Shown in pieces: positions 13,379 to 25,044 of a stretch of DNA of 64,000 nt. The first letter of the stretch is position 1. Each line of letters starts with the position of its first letter. Below the pieces are notes generated by a model that did no database searches, was not told the DNA's origin, and was given only the letters and a program-made list of their open reading frames with translations. The stretch comes from Leucoraja ocellata (lineage: Eukaryota). A program made the translations under genes and the position numbers. The stretch spans positions 868,001-932,000 of the forward strand of contig JAWMAR010000140.1 in the NCBI GenBank assembly GCA_036785375.1, given 5' to 3'.

Positions 13379-13733
13379 ATTTAGTTTTAGTTTAAAAATC
13401 TTTGGAGATACAGCATGGAAACAGGCCCTTCAGCCCATCGAATCCATACCGACCAGCGATCGCCGTACGTTAACACTCTCCTACACACACTGGGGACAAT
13501 TTACAATATTACAGAAGCCAATTAACCTACAATTGTAGTGTGGGATGAAACCAAAGTTTCCACGCCGTTGGAGTGTGGGAGGAAACCAAAGTTCTCGGAG
13601 AAAATCCATGCAGGTCATGGGGAGAACGTAAAACTCTGTACAGGCTAGCACCCGTAGCCAGGATCGAACCCGCGTCTCTGACGCTGCAAGCGGCGTAAGG
13701 CAGCAACTCTACCGCTGTGCCAACGTGCTGCCC
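13379..13733 (-). mobile_element. HE1-type tRNA-derived V-SINE, full length
   Basis: tRNA-like head (B-box ggttcgatcc on minus), V-domain acgttctcccc...gggttttctccg, CR1-like tail with (taaac)n. Small internal duplication at 13537-13593. Confidence 0.85.
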
Positions 13734-14542
13734 TTATTTGATTGATTTAAACAAATTGAAGTTCAATGCCTGGAGGTGATCATCGACAATTTGAGGGGAA
13801 ACACGGCCATGATGTGGGTGGTTGGTTATATTTTTGTACATTTGCTTCTAATAAATAAAAAGAAAAAAAGGAAAAAAATGATGTGGGTGGTAAGTGAGCG
13901 AAGATGAGGTGACAGGAGAAGTTTTCATGTAGGGTCTAGCGAGACTCCTGCTCATCATGCCCCCACCGTGGTAAGTTCATCACCTTCCACAGAAGGCCTT
14001 CTTTAGTGTGCTGCCGGCTCCTGTCGAGATAGTTGCCAACAGGGCTGTAAGCAATTAAACTGTCATCAGGATCTTAATGATATTCTGGGGGCCAAAACGG
14101 AATGGGATAGTACATTTTACAAAGTCAATTTTAATTATACAGCTGCCATGTTCTCATTTGGTGTGGTGCGTTAAAATCGCTTTGTCCGGTAATATTGTGT
14201 TAGTAATATAGTGTGTGTGGTCGGGGAGCTCACAACATTATTGCTGCAAGCTTGTTAGGTTCTTGATGGATTGCAAATAGTGGCGACAGTATTAGCATTC
14301 ACTGGCATACATGCTTTATAAAAAATCACACCATTATTGTTTTAAAAATTGATTTTACAGTCAAAATGCCTTCAACTGCCATCATTTATAATTAATCGAA
14401 TCCTGCTCTGAACCACTCATTTTCTCAATAAAATGAATACATTCTGATGAAGTCCGAGTGTATCAATTCTATTATTGTTCTCAAACAAGTAACACAAAGC
14501 TTCTCTATCATAATAGCAAATATTAACCTAATTGTATAAGTA

Positions 14543-15132
14543 TGATTGTCAAAAAGGAACAACAGAGGATGTATTTCCTGCAGCAGCTGAGGAAACACAA
14601 TCTGCCACAGGCAACGATGGTCCAATTCTATACGGCCATCGTAGAGTCTGTTCTCACCTTCTCCATCATGGTCTGGTTTTGGCTAAGCCACCAAACACGA
14701 CACCTGGAGGCTGCAGCGAATCATCCGATCAGCTGAGAAGGTTATTGGCTGCAACCTTTCCTCCATTGACGAACTGCACACTGCAAGGGCCAGGAAGCGA
14801 GCGGGTAAGATCATCTCTGACCTCTCTCACCCTGGCCACACACTCTTTAAATCACTTCCCTCTGGAAGGCGACTCCGGACTGTCAAAGCTGCCACATCCA
14901 GACATTTTTCCACGAGTAGTAGCTCCACTCAATAACCAAAAATCTGTAGCCTCCTTTTGCTCTGGTATTTTATTTAATTCACCTGTTGAATCAATAATGT
15001 TTTATTATTCATGTTTTATGCTTTATGTGTAATTCCTAACTGTCATTGTATGTCATGTTGTCACTTACGGGTGGAGCACCAAGGCAAATTCCTTGTATGT
15101 GAATACTTGGCCAATAAACGTATTCATTCATT
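14543..15132 (+). mobile_element. Rex1/Babar LINE 3' fragment
   Basis: IVKKEQQRMYFLQQLRKHNLPQATMVQFYTAIVESVLTFSIMVWF; ends ggccaataaacgt(attc)n. Confidence 0.85.
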
Positions 15133-16319
15133 CTCATAAAAAATTACTATTAACAATGAATATAAATTGTAGTAATAGATATTAATTCCAGCATAACATT
15201 TTGATCCTTTACTCAGTTCTTTGTTAAAGGACTATGCTTAAATGTACAGGCCATCCCTTCAGTTGGCAAGTGTACTTCATTTCATTATTTGGGCTAATTG
15301 TCCCCTGAAAATTTCACTTATGCTATTCTATAAGTCTCACAAACAATGTGCAAAAGGACACCTGACTTCAACTTTTATCACAATGTAATTGGTAGTTACT
15401 GGTATTTGTTGGACAAATGGACTGAGCTGGTGCACCCCTTTATAATCCTCTTCTTTTCAGCTACCAAAGGGGCTCACTAAACACAGTGGGAGGCTCATTA
15501 GAGCAGTGCATCAGTTAGCACACGTGCGATTGGAAGTTTGCAATTTCCAGATCCATCACTTTCACTTGATGCACTGCCCCTGCTGTTTGAGTCCAAATTT
15601 GAAAATGTTGAGCGAATATTTATTCACAACTGTCCTTCAAGCAGCTAATGAAGTCAATATTTTCTTTCTTTGAAAAAAAAAGCCAAAAGCAAACGCAGGG
15701 TCCATTAAAAAAAATAAGCAAGACACAATTTTCACTGTTGATCATATAAACTGCTGGTAAATCATATTTTCATCTTATTACTCAGATTTAATAAGTCCCT
15801 GGCTGTCTGGTGTATTTGTTTTTGGTGGAACATTTCATTTTCTTTCTCATTTCCCACTGTGTGTATACCGGCCTGTTCTCAAGGTAGAAAGTAATAAGGC
15901 CTAATTTAACGTAATGACATTTTAAACATAAATAGTGATTGCTTGTTCCACCAGGTTAAGAACTGTGTGCTTCAATAGAGTCAAATAAAATGCTTTTAGC
16001 CACATGATAATTTTAATAATTGGTTCTCATATACAAGATGCAATTATATTGTGAGAAATATTAAAGCGGAATTGAGAGATTGAGACAGGGACTTTTCCTG
16101 GTTGGATACCATTTCCTAGCAATTGCATTTCATATTTTTTTTGTATGAGTGTCGGTATCCAGTTGAATCCCCAGCCTCAAGATGCACAGTTGGCCAATAA
16201 GCTACTTGAAATGGTGTTGGTGTGGGTCCACCCAGTGTCATGCAGTAAAATGGGTCGTGCCACAAAAGCTTTTCACTGTACCTCAGTACACGTGACATTA
16301 ACCTAAACTGAAACTGATA

Positions 16320-16662
16320 TGTGTAGGAAGGAACTACGGATGGTGGTTTAAACCGAAGATAGACACAAAATGCTGGGATTAAACCGAAGATAGACACAAA
16401 AAACTCAGCGGGATAGGCAGCAGCTCTGGATAGAGGAATGGGTGACATTTCGGGTAGAGACCCTTCTTCCGACTGAGAGTCAAGGGAGAGGGTGATTCAG
16501 AGATAAGGAAGTGGAAGGTGTGAAAACGAGATATCAAAGGGGGTGGAGATCAAGGAAAATGTAGAATAGATCATTGTTAGCTAGGAGAAGATGACAACAA
16601 AGAAAACTGAGATAAGGCTGGAGAACTGGGAAGGGAGAGGGATGGAGAGAGAGATAAGTTGT
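16320..16662 (-). mobile_element. Penelope (Poseidon-type) 3' region/pLTR
   Basis: gggtgacatttcgggtagagacccttcttccgactgagag plus the purine-rich body seen in the other Penelope copies. Confidence 0.75.
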
Positions 16663-16674
16663 CTCTATTTCTTT

Positions 16675-16900
16675 TACCTCATTCTCACCCCTCCCCCCCC
16701 TCCCACCCTCTCTCCCCTTCCTCTTCCCCCCTCTTTTAAAGGACTTACCGTACACTGTACTTTAGCCGTCTTAATTACAGCACCTACCTTCCTGTCCATC
16801 GCGGTGTTTGTCAGTATCATCTTTGCACCGTGTGAATTTCACTCAGAGAGCGCTCCACCCGCTTGCCCGGTTCCCCGTCTACATAACGGGCTGGTGATGC
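16675..16900 (-). mobile_element. Internal fragment of the Harbinger-like MITE family seen at 38002-38806
   Basis: Reverse complement aligns by eye to ~38150-38380 (gagcgctccac..gcttgccc; taattac.gc.cc.accttcctgt.catc). Confidence 0.6.
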
Positions 16901-17009
16901 CATGACCATCCTTCATCCTTCCGCGACACAGCAGAAAAAGGATCAGGAATTCACTCGCTGTCCTTGAGTGGCCCTGCATAGAAGACAGTGAGGAATTATC
17001 ATGTGAAAA

Positions 17010-17129
17010 CGGAACGATACGAAACAAAATAACTTGATTTATCCCAGGAGGGAAATTGATCTGCCAACAGTCACAAAACACAAAGCACATGGAACATGAC
17101 ATTAAAGTGATGAATGGAAAGGATTGGGG

Positions 17130-17164
<35 letters not shown>

Positions 17165-17500
17165 CTTATTTATATAGCACATTTTTAGTCAACTTGCATT
17201 GACCCCAAAGTGCTTCACATAATTACATTACATTTACACACAGGCAAAGGTGGGTGAAGTGTCTTGCCCCAAGGACACAACGACAGTATGCACTCCAAGC
17301 GGGATTCGAACCGGCTACCTTCTGGTCGCCAGCCGAACACTTAGCCCATTGCGCCATCTGTCGTCCCGTACAAAGATTTGGTGGTGGGTGGGGGGTGGGG
17401 TGGGGGGGGGGGGGGGGCGGAGTCAGTCAACACCATGACAGAGGGGGAGGAGTTGTACAGTTTGATAGCCACAGGGAAGAAGGATCCCCTCTGGCGTTCT
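17010..17500 (-). mobile_element. Rex1/Babar 3' end, split by a CORE-SINE
   Basis: Minus translation ..RTERQRGSFFPVAIKLYNSS..; tail atttccctcctgggataaatcaag. Confidence 0.7.
17131..17367 (-). mobile_element. tRNA-derived CORE-SINE with L2-type tail
   Basis: Minus strand: A-box tggcgcaatgg, B-box ggttcgaatcc, CORE gtgtccttggggcaagacacttcacc, tail gtgaagcactttg...tgctatataaataa(tta)n. Confidence 0.8.
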
Positions 17501-17625
17501 GTCCTGCATCTCGGTGGAGCCTGGGCCATCGCAGGTAATTACTGGTGAACCATGTTGATATTAACGATTGGGGTGCGGAGACAGTCACTAGCTCTGGTTG
17601 AGTATATACTTCAGCAAACTTTTCA

Positions 17626-17919
17626 TCATGTGAGGAATATATCGAGTAGATGCACAGACTTTTTCCCAGAGTAGGTGAATCGAGGACCAGAGGACATAGG
17701 TTTAGGGTGAAGGGGAAACGATTTAATAAGAATCTGAGAGGTAGGGCAGCTGGCAGCAACCGGGAACTCCATAACCCTGAACCCATTACTAATCAAGAAT
17801 CTGTCAATCTCCGCCTTAAATATATCCTTTGACTTGGCCTCCACAGTAACGAATTCCACAGATTCACTACCCTCTGACTAGAGAAATTTCTCCTCATCTC
17901 CTTAATAAAGGTACATCCT
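17626..17919. mobile_element. Two opposed CR1 fragments; the minus one resumes at 18534-18570 after the L2 insertion
   Basis: Plus: LFPRVGESRTRGHRFRVKGKRF. Minus: MRRNFSSQRVVNLWNS. Confidence 0.75.
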
Positions 17920-18533
17920 ACATCAACCGACTCCAACTGGTCCAGAACGCAGCCGCCCGACTCATCACCCACACCAAATCCTGGCATCACATCACTCCAG
18001 TCCGCAAACAACTTCACTGGCTTCCCATCTCCCACCGGATCACCTACAAAATCCTGATCCTCACCTACAAAGCCCTCCACCATCTGGCCCCCCCATATCT
18101 CACTGACCTCCTCTCCCCCTACCAACCCTCACGGTCCCTCAGATCCACATCAGCTGGTCTCCTCTCCATCCACGTCCAACCTCCGCAGTTTTGGGGACAG
18201 AGCCTTCTCCAGGGCAGCTCCCAGGCTCTGGAACTCCCTCCCCCAACTGATCCGTAATTCCGTGTCCCTCACCATCTTCCAGTCCCGCCTCAAGACCCAT
18301 CTCTTCACCTCTGCCTATCCTTAGCCACACGTCCCCCTTCCTTTTCATCTGTGCATTAATTGCCTCATTTTGTTTTGAATTGAATTCTGTATTTACTTTG
18401 TGTACTAGTCATGTCTCTACTATTTATTTCATTCCCCTTACATGTTTTTCCTCTATCTGCTAAATTTTTGTAAGGTGTCCTTGAGACTCTTGAAAGGCGC
18501 CCATAAATAAAATGTATTATTATTATTATTATT
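17920..18533 (+). mobile_element. L2 LINE 3' fragment, little diverged
   Basis: INRLQLVQNAAARLITHTKSWHHITPV.KQLHWLPISHRITYKILILTYKALHHLAPPYLTDLL..YQPSRSLRS; (att)n tail; short TSD atcct at 17915-17919 and 18534-18538. Confidence 0.9.
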
Positions 18534-18625
18534 ATCCTTTTAGACTGAGGCTGTGGCCTCTGGTTCCCAAGATCCATCCCTCAGGGTAATGCTGGCTGCA
18601 CAACATGTCTGGTGATGAACACAGA

Positions 18626-18912
18626 CTGGAGAAGGGTCTTGGCCTGAAATGTCACCTATTCCTCCTACCCGGATATGCTGCCTGTCCCGTTGAGATACTG
18701 CGGCAGTTGGTGTTTACAGTGTAAACCAGCAGCTGCAGTTCCTTCCTGCACAATCTATTGTGTCTGCTTCTCAGAGGTAGGAAGTAGGAAAAGCTGCTGA
18801 TGACCTCCGCTGTATGTACATTCATTTTCTCCAGAGATGCTGCCTATCCCTCTGAGTTACTCCAGCGTTTTGTGTCTATCTTCGGTTTAAACATCTGCAG
18901 TTCCTTCCTACA
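18626..18912 (+). mobile_element. Two Penelope pLTR units (18626-18752, 18820-18912)
   Basis: ctggagaagggtcttggcctgaaatgtcacc... and ctccagagatgctgcctatccctctgagttactccagc... Confidence 0.7.
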
Positions 18913-18964
18913 TATTACACGGGCCAATTCCATAAGAGTTAAATTCTGTGCTTTCCAGAAACAG

Positions 18965-19274
18965 TCCAGGGAATCAAGGACCAAAGGACACAGGTTCAAG
19001 GTGAAGGGGAAAAGATTTAATAGGAATCCGAGGGGTAACTTTTTCACACAGAGTGTGGTGGGTGAATGGAACAAGCTGCCAGAGGAGGTAGTTGAGGCAG
19101 GGACTATCCCATCATTTATGAAACAGCTTGACAGGTACATGGGTAGGACAGGTTTGGAGGGTTATGGACCAAGCGCAGGCAAATGGGACTAGTGTAGCTG
19201 GGACATTGTTTGCCAGTGTGGGCGAGTTGGGCCGAAGGGCCTGTTTCCACTGTATCACTCTATGACTCTATGAC
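18965..19274 (+). mobile_element. CR1/HER1 3' fragment
   Basis: ESRTKGHRFKVKGKRFNRNPRGNFFTQSVVGEWNKLPEEVVEAG; tail gggccgaagggcctgtttccactgtatcactctatga. Confidence 0.9.
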
Positions 19275-19722
19275 CAGAATGCTGTGACATGGAGCAGTGG
19301 GGGATGAGTTTAATTAGCACGTCCTACATCAATGTACAAGGTCTGAATCCCATTCACCAATGCTCCTCAAAGCTCTTCCATTCAGATGGCTATGATGTTA
19401 GTGTTTGATCTGGCATCATCCAAATGTGGACCATCATTTGGAAAAATTGCCAGAGGTTTTGCTGGTAATTTATCTCTCCATTCAGTAAAATTCCAAGACA
19501 CCAGACTATTGAATGTTACTGGATTTCATTTTATTTCACTTTTGATTAACATGTTGATATGTAATACAGTACGTACATGTACCAATCACCGTAGATTCAA
19601 TTCTGAATAGGGGATGCCTTGAAAACGATTATATACAATAAACACTCAGCAATTCACTGTATGTTCAACTGCATAGGAAATTGTGTTAGGGAGTGCAAAA
19701 GATTTGTTTGGTTACTATAATA

Positions 19723-20735
19723 TATCAATGTTACAAAATGTTGAGATTTTAAAAATCATCTGTAATTTATCCCATCAGATAAAGCATTAAAAGAAGTTTA
19801 ATTTGACACCTAATTTACTTTCATATCTTCAGTATTAAAAAAGTTATGGCCATTTTCATACTCGGAAATTAGCATCTTGTTCCCTATTGCTTTTCCATTG
19901 ACATAAAAGCTGTGATCGAGGACAGTCAAAAGCCCATAACTTTCTTAAAAATTAAGAAAACTGAATGGAATTTTCAGTTATTGTAGATTGAAGCATTTTG
20001 AACCAAATATGAAACAATTTTACTTGGATGACCTAAAATTAAAGCATATAATTAGTTAGTTACCTAATTGTAGCTAATTACAAAATTCAATTACTAGATC
20101 TAAACATCTTTCAATTTCTTAAGAAAAAGTTATCATTTTTATATAGCCTTAGTGTACAAATAACATTCACACAAGAATTAACAATATAACATGATTTTTA
20201 ATCTCATTGTCATGAATTTATAGGCCAAAAGGAAGGAATTTAGTGTTTAATTCCTGTAAATTAATGGCCATTTAAATCATCTTGCGAGTGGGATTTTGTG
20301 GAACGCGATCGTTTGGAACGTTGCTGTTGCTATGAATTTGAACCCCATATCGGCAGGAAAAACACTGCCGGTTCGAATGGGTCCTTCTCGCAACTTAAAA
20401 TTTTGATTAAAGGCATCTTAAGATGCACTTTTTAAATGTAAAAATAAACGTCGTACCTTGCCTTGTCCCCTACGTGAGATCCGTCCCGTTGTTGGCGTTC
20501 ACAGCTTTAGAAGATGATTTTTAATTTACTCTAGCAATTAAATTATCCAACGCAGTTTAAAAATAACTCCAGAGAACGAATGTCGGAGCGATTTTTCTTG
20601 AGCAACTAAACAGCCTGACGAACATCGATTTAACGGCATTTTAAACCCGCCCCCCCTCTCAAAGGCGCCAAAGTCGTGCACACGGGCAGTGACAGAACTG
20701 CAGTGCCGCTGATGGTAAGTTTTGTAACATACCTA
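19723..20735 (-). mobile_element. Second ~1-kb TAG..CTA DNA transposon with 7-bp TSD
   Basis: Ends tatcaatgttacaaaa / ttttgtaacataccta; TSD tataata at 19716-19722 and 20736-20742; colinear in reverse with 8577-9613. Confidence 0.85.
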
Positions 20736-21382
20736 TATAATACAAACGCATTAGTCACAGGTCAAACTATTGAAATATTTGTACACTGAGATACTAGATT
20801 ATTGCAGTTTTCCATCATTGCCTTTACAGTAGAATGTTTCAATAAAGGAGTAGGTGAATTTTTTTCTTCGAAAGGTCTAACCACGTGAATAAATTAGGAA
20901 TGTGCAGGGAAAGACTAAAGTGAAAGTAGGTAGAGGGCACAAAACAGGTGGAGCGAATGGAGAAGAAAATCACAGACCCACAACAGTAAAAAACACAATG
21001 CTACAACAATCATAACATCCCCGAAGCTTTTCACTGAAGTCTCTCCACAAAGTAGGTCATGTTTTGTGCAAGATATCGTGGCTGTGACATTCTACCAAAC
21101 ACATACCTGGAAGCTGGATGTACAAAAGAATAGGCCTAGCACGTCTGAACTCACACAAAGTGCTTTTGTTCATGCTTCCCCTATCATTACCGAGCCTAGA
21201 AATTGCAGAGGAAGTGCTGGGAAGACAGTGCAATTTGTGAGAAGATGATGGGGGAGAGACAACCAGTTGTGGGGTGGGTGGACAGAGGGTGCATTATACA
21301 AGGCATGGTCCACCTAGCATGTCGTATTTGCTGCACCCGCTGATAGGAGAAGCACAAGCTGTGCCTAATGCTATCAGGTTTC

Positions 21383-22127
21383 GTTTAGTTTAGTTTTGGA
21401 GATACAGCATGGAAGCAGGCCCTTCGGCCTACCGAGTCAGCACCAACCAGCAGTCCCCGCACATTAACACTATCCTACACACACATTAGGGACAATGTTT
21501 GCATTTATACCAAGCCTATTAACCTCCAAGCCTGTATGTCTTTGGAGTGCGGGAGGAAACATTAGATCCCGGAGAAAACCCACGCAGGTCATGGGGAGAA
21601 TAATAATAATAATAATAATAACTTTATTTGTTAAGCACCTTAAAAAACAACCAAAGCTGACCAAAGTGCTGTACAGAAAAAAGAAAACAAGCAAGACATC
21701 ATAAAACAGGCAGAACAACACAACATACAGCCAACACGAGGCGCATAAATTACATACGAAAATCCAAACAATAAATTAAAATACATAAAACACGAGTACG
21801 AAATACGCAGCAAAACCAAGCAAATAAAGTAAATAAACAATTCAACACCTCACTGGTCTACAAAGGCCACGGAGAATAGATATGTCTTCAGGAGTGACTT
21901 AAAAACAGCTAGAGAAGGGGCCTGTTTAACGTGCAGAGGCAATTCATTCCACAATCTCGGAGCCGACACAGCAAAGGCACGGTCCCCTCTGAGCTTCCGC
22001 TTATGTACAAACTCTGTACAGACAGCACCTGTAGTAGGATCATACCCGGGTCTCTATATTGGCTTGGTATTTATGTACAGCAAGCGCTGTAAGGCAGCAA
22101 CTCTACCGCTGCGCCACCATGCCGCCC
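21383..22127 (-). mobile_element. HE1-type SINE split by an L2 insertion
   Basis: SINE halves 21383-21600 and 22004-22127 rejoin at ggggagaa|tgtacaaactc. Confidence 0.85.
21601..22003 (-). mobile_element. L2 3' fragment (second, distinct L2 family)
   Basis: Minus translation KRKLRGDRAFAVSAPRLWNELPLHVKQAPSLAVFKSLLKTYLFSVAFVDQ*; (tta)n tail. Confidence 0.9.
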
Positions 22128-22721
22128 ACAAAGGTTATGCTGACCTGGTTATTGTTGTGAAGATCTGTGACGTTGGGCTTTACCCACATCCCCTACTATC
22201 CCCTCCTCACGCTAGAACAAGCAGCAGTACAGCCACTATGGGCAAGGATCCTGGAAGCCCCTCTTTCTCCCTCTCACTATTCTCACGTAGGATTAATGAG
22301 CTGTCAAAGTGCAAGATAGACGAGACACCTCCACTGCAGTTCACTCTGGCAGTTGCAAAGACAATGCTCGATCCCGATAAAAGAAATGGGAACAGAAAGT
22401 CAGTTTTTGCATGAACTCGTGCTTTATAAAATATCCACACATCGACATTTCATTCCGTGCGTGGACTGTCATTTGACCTGCCTAAACGCACTCAAATAGA
22501 AAGGTCCAACAGCAATAACTGTAGGGGGAATTGTACTAGGACCGAAAAAAATAAATGACTGAGAAAATGTTATGAGGGTGACCTAAATGTGGAATGGCCA
22601 GTGCAGAATATTATTATCAAAAGTTATATATTTAAAGGACGCCCAAGGCCCTATAAAGTTTGTTAGGTCAGTGAAAGATTGGATAATCTTGAACCTACAA
22701 TCCAAGCCTCAACCAAACAGT

Positions 22722-22960
22722 TTAGACTTTAGAATTTAGTGATACAGCATGGAAACAGGCCACCAGCATTCCATGGCGACCAGCAATCACCCTGCACACT
22801 AGCACCATCCTACATAAAAGAGACAGCTTGTTCCATACACCCACCACCCTTTGTGTGAAATAGTTACCCCTCAGATTCCTTTTAAATCTTTTCCCCTTCA
22901 CCTTAAAACTCCATTCTCTGGTCCTTGATTCACCTACTCTGGGCAAGAGACTCTGTGCAT
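22722..22960 (-). mobile_element. SINE tail fused to a CR1 fragment
   Basis: PRVGESRTREWSFKVKGKRFKRNLRGNYFTQRVVGVWNKL, followed on minus by the HE1 tail. Confidence 0.75.
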
Positions 22961-23418
22961 CCCTTGGAGTTTATACTTGCTTTATATGATTAGTTGGTGT
23001 ATATCCACCTTAAGTATTTGATAAGCCCAGTGGAAAAAAACAAGTAATGATACAATATGTATTATGATCAACCATTCTTTTTTAAACAGAGAATCGAATG
23101 GTTTTGAATGGTTCTATCAAGAGTTTGTGAATGAGAAATAACACATTCAGATTCTTGGGCGTGAAGCCACATGTGAAAACATAGCCACTGACAAACTGTG
23201 CTTTCTAGCAGGTATTAATAACTGAAAACTGCCAAAGTGTAAGTGAATACTAGAGCACAACTTGTGATCAAGTTGGTCCATTTAAAAAGGGGAGTGCAGT
23301 GGGCTGAAATCTCCATACAGTAAATACCAAACCATTATTCTTGTTTTATTCGTAAACTTGCTGCATCCTGAAACTCATAAATATTGCTAATAAAAATGGT
23401 GAAAAGGCAAATAGAGCC

Positions 23419-23515
23419 AAGATAGAGAGAAAATGCTGGAGTAACTCAGCGGGACAGGCAGCATCTCTTGAGAGAAGGAATGGGTGATGTTTCGGGTCGA
23501 GACCTTTCTTCAGTC
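23419..23515 (-). mobile_element. Penelope pLTR unit
   Basis: Minus: ctgaagaaaggtctcgacccgaaacatcacccattcc... Confidence 0.75.
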
Positions 23516-23614
23516 TGTGAAAGAGTCTGCTTTTAGTAATGTCGACAATGGGACAAGTAGATTGCAGGATGTTGAGATCTTCCTTGCTGTTCTTCACAGT
23601 GATACCCAAGTGAG

Positions 23615-23695
23615 TGGACAGTGGCTCACCTTAATGTCTCAGCTGAAGGTTGGCCCTTATAGCAGCGCAGTACTCTTTCAATGCTGGTCATCAAG
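23615..23695 (-). mobile_element. Possible old DeuSINE (SacSINE1-like) remnant
   Basis: ttaatgtctcagctgaaggttggccc...cagcgcagtactctttcaatgctg resembles the reversed Deu-domain consensus as recalled; not verified by alignment. Confidence 0.35.
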
Positions 23696-23870
23696 GTGGA
23701 CGTTGATTTTTCCTGTCGGAACAGTTAGGATGACATGGCAAGGATGTACCACGGTGACTGCCGTGAACCACTGGATGCCCGTCTGAGACAACGGACGGAC
23801 CTCGCGGCCAACGAGAAGAAAGACCTGCCAGTCGTGGAGAGCGAGGACACAGCCAGAGGCCACTGAGAAC

Positions 23871-24086
23871 AAGGTAGACACAAAATACTGGTATAACTCA
23901 GTGGGACAGGCAGCATCTGTGGAGAGAAGGAATGGATGACGTTTCGGGTTGAGACACTTATTCAGTCTGAAAAAGGGCCTTGACCCGAAATGTCACCCAT
24001 TCCTTCTCTTCAGAGATGCAGCCTGTCCCGTCCCAGCATTTTGTGTCTACCTTTGATTTAAACCAGCATGTGCAGTTCTTTCCTAC
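23871..24086. mobile_element. Inverted Penelope pLTR dimer
   Basis: Minus unit ending gacgtttcgggttgagacacttattcag abuts plus unit tctgaaaaagggccttgacccgaaatgtcacc. Confidence 0.8.
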
Positions 24087-24343
24087 CGACTGTGATGAAC
24101 TCGGTGGTCGATGAGAAGAAAGACCTGCCGGCTGCCGAGAGCAAGGAGCGACCTGACAGCCAACAACAAAGAAGACCCAGCGGGCCTCCAGCAGACACGT
24201 GCAGCAACAGGCCTGGTTCACCGCTGTGAAGAGGGGCCCAGCAGGCCGTTGCCTGCAGGGAAGCTGAAATGCCCTGCAGACCAGAGTGTCAAGGAGGAGG
24301 CCGCAGGCAGCGATGCACGTGAGGAGTGGGCCGGTAGGAGAGG

Positions 24344-25044
24344 AAATGTATAGAAAGGAACTGCAGATGCTGGCTTACACCGAAGCTAGAGTAAAGGGCC
24401 TGTCCCACTTGGCCGTCATTTGCGCGCCATTTACGCGACCTGGTAGCGCGGGACGGGTGCATGGAGTGGTGTGGAGGAGTGTGGAGTTGCACGTGGTAAC
24501 GTGCAGTGCACCAGGGTTTCGTACTGCACGATATCTTCGCGCGCCACTGGCCTGTCACGTAAATGACAGCCAATTGGGACAGGGTGACGTTTCAGGTCAA
24601 GACCCTTCTTCAGACTGAAACATCATCCATTCCTTCTCTCCAGAGATGCTGCCGGTCCCGTTGAGTTACTCCTGCATTTTGTGTCTATCTTCAATTTAAA
24701 CCAGCACCTGCAGTTCCTTCCCACAGATTAATTTGGTCTGTTGCTTGCTACTTTTCATTCACCTCTTTTTTTGAATAGGGACATTCATCTGCTGTTTTTC
24801 CAATTGCTAGCACCACGCAAGAAACTGGAACATTTTAGAAAATCACCATAAACATCATAAACTGGGTAAATATCATAAACTGGGTATTCAAATGACGTCA
24901 CACGCTCCAGACGGCTGTGCGGACGCAAGATGACGCTACTGGCCTGTCACGTAAATGACGGCCAAGTGGGACAGCCCCTTAACTCAGCGAGACACCCTTC
25001 TATCCAGAGACGCTGCCTGTCCCTCTAAGTTAATCCAGCATCTT
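24344..25044. mobile_element. Penelope insertion (12-bp TSD) containing a nested Harbinger-like MITE
   Basis: TSD cggtaggagagg at 24332-24343 and 25045-25056; pLTR motif gctagag-taa-ctcagc is split by the MITE. Confidence 0.8.
24395..24979. mobile_element. PIF/Harbinger-like MITE with TAA TSD and duplicated right end
   Basis: TIR agggcctgtcccacttggccgtcattt / aaatgacggccaagtgggacagcccct; TAA at 24392-24394 and 24980-24982. Confidence 0.8.

Noticed and set aside
16346-16402. Short tandem duplications (also ~1860-1906, ~13537-13593, ~24853-24887, ~40003-40051)
   Set aside because: Ordinary local slippage or repair duplications within repeats.
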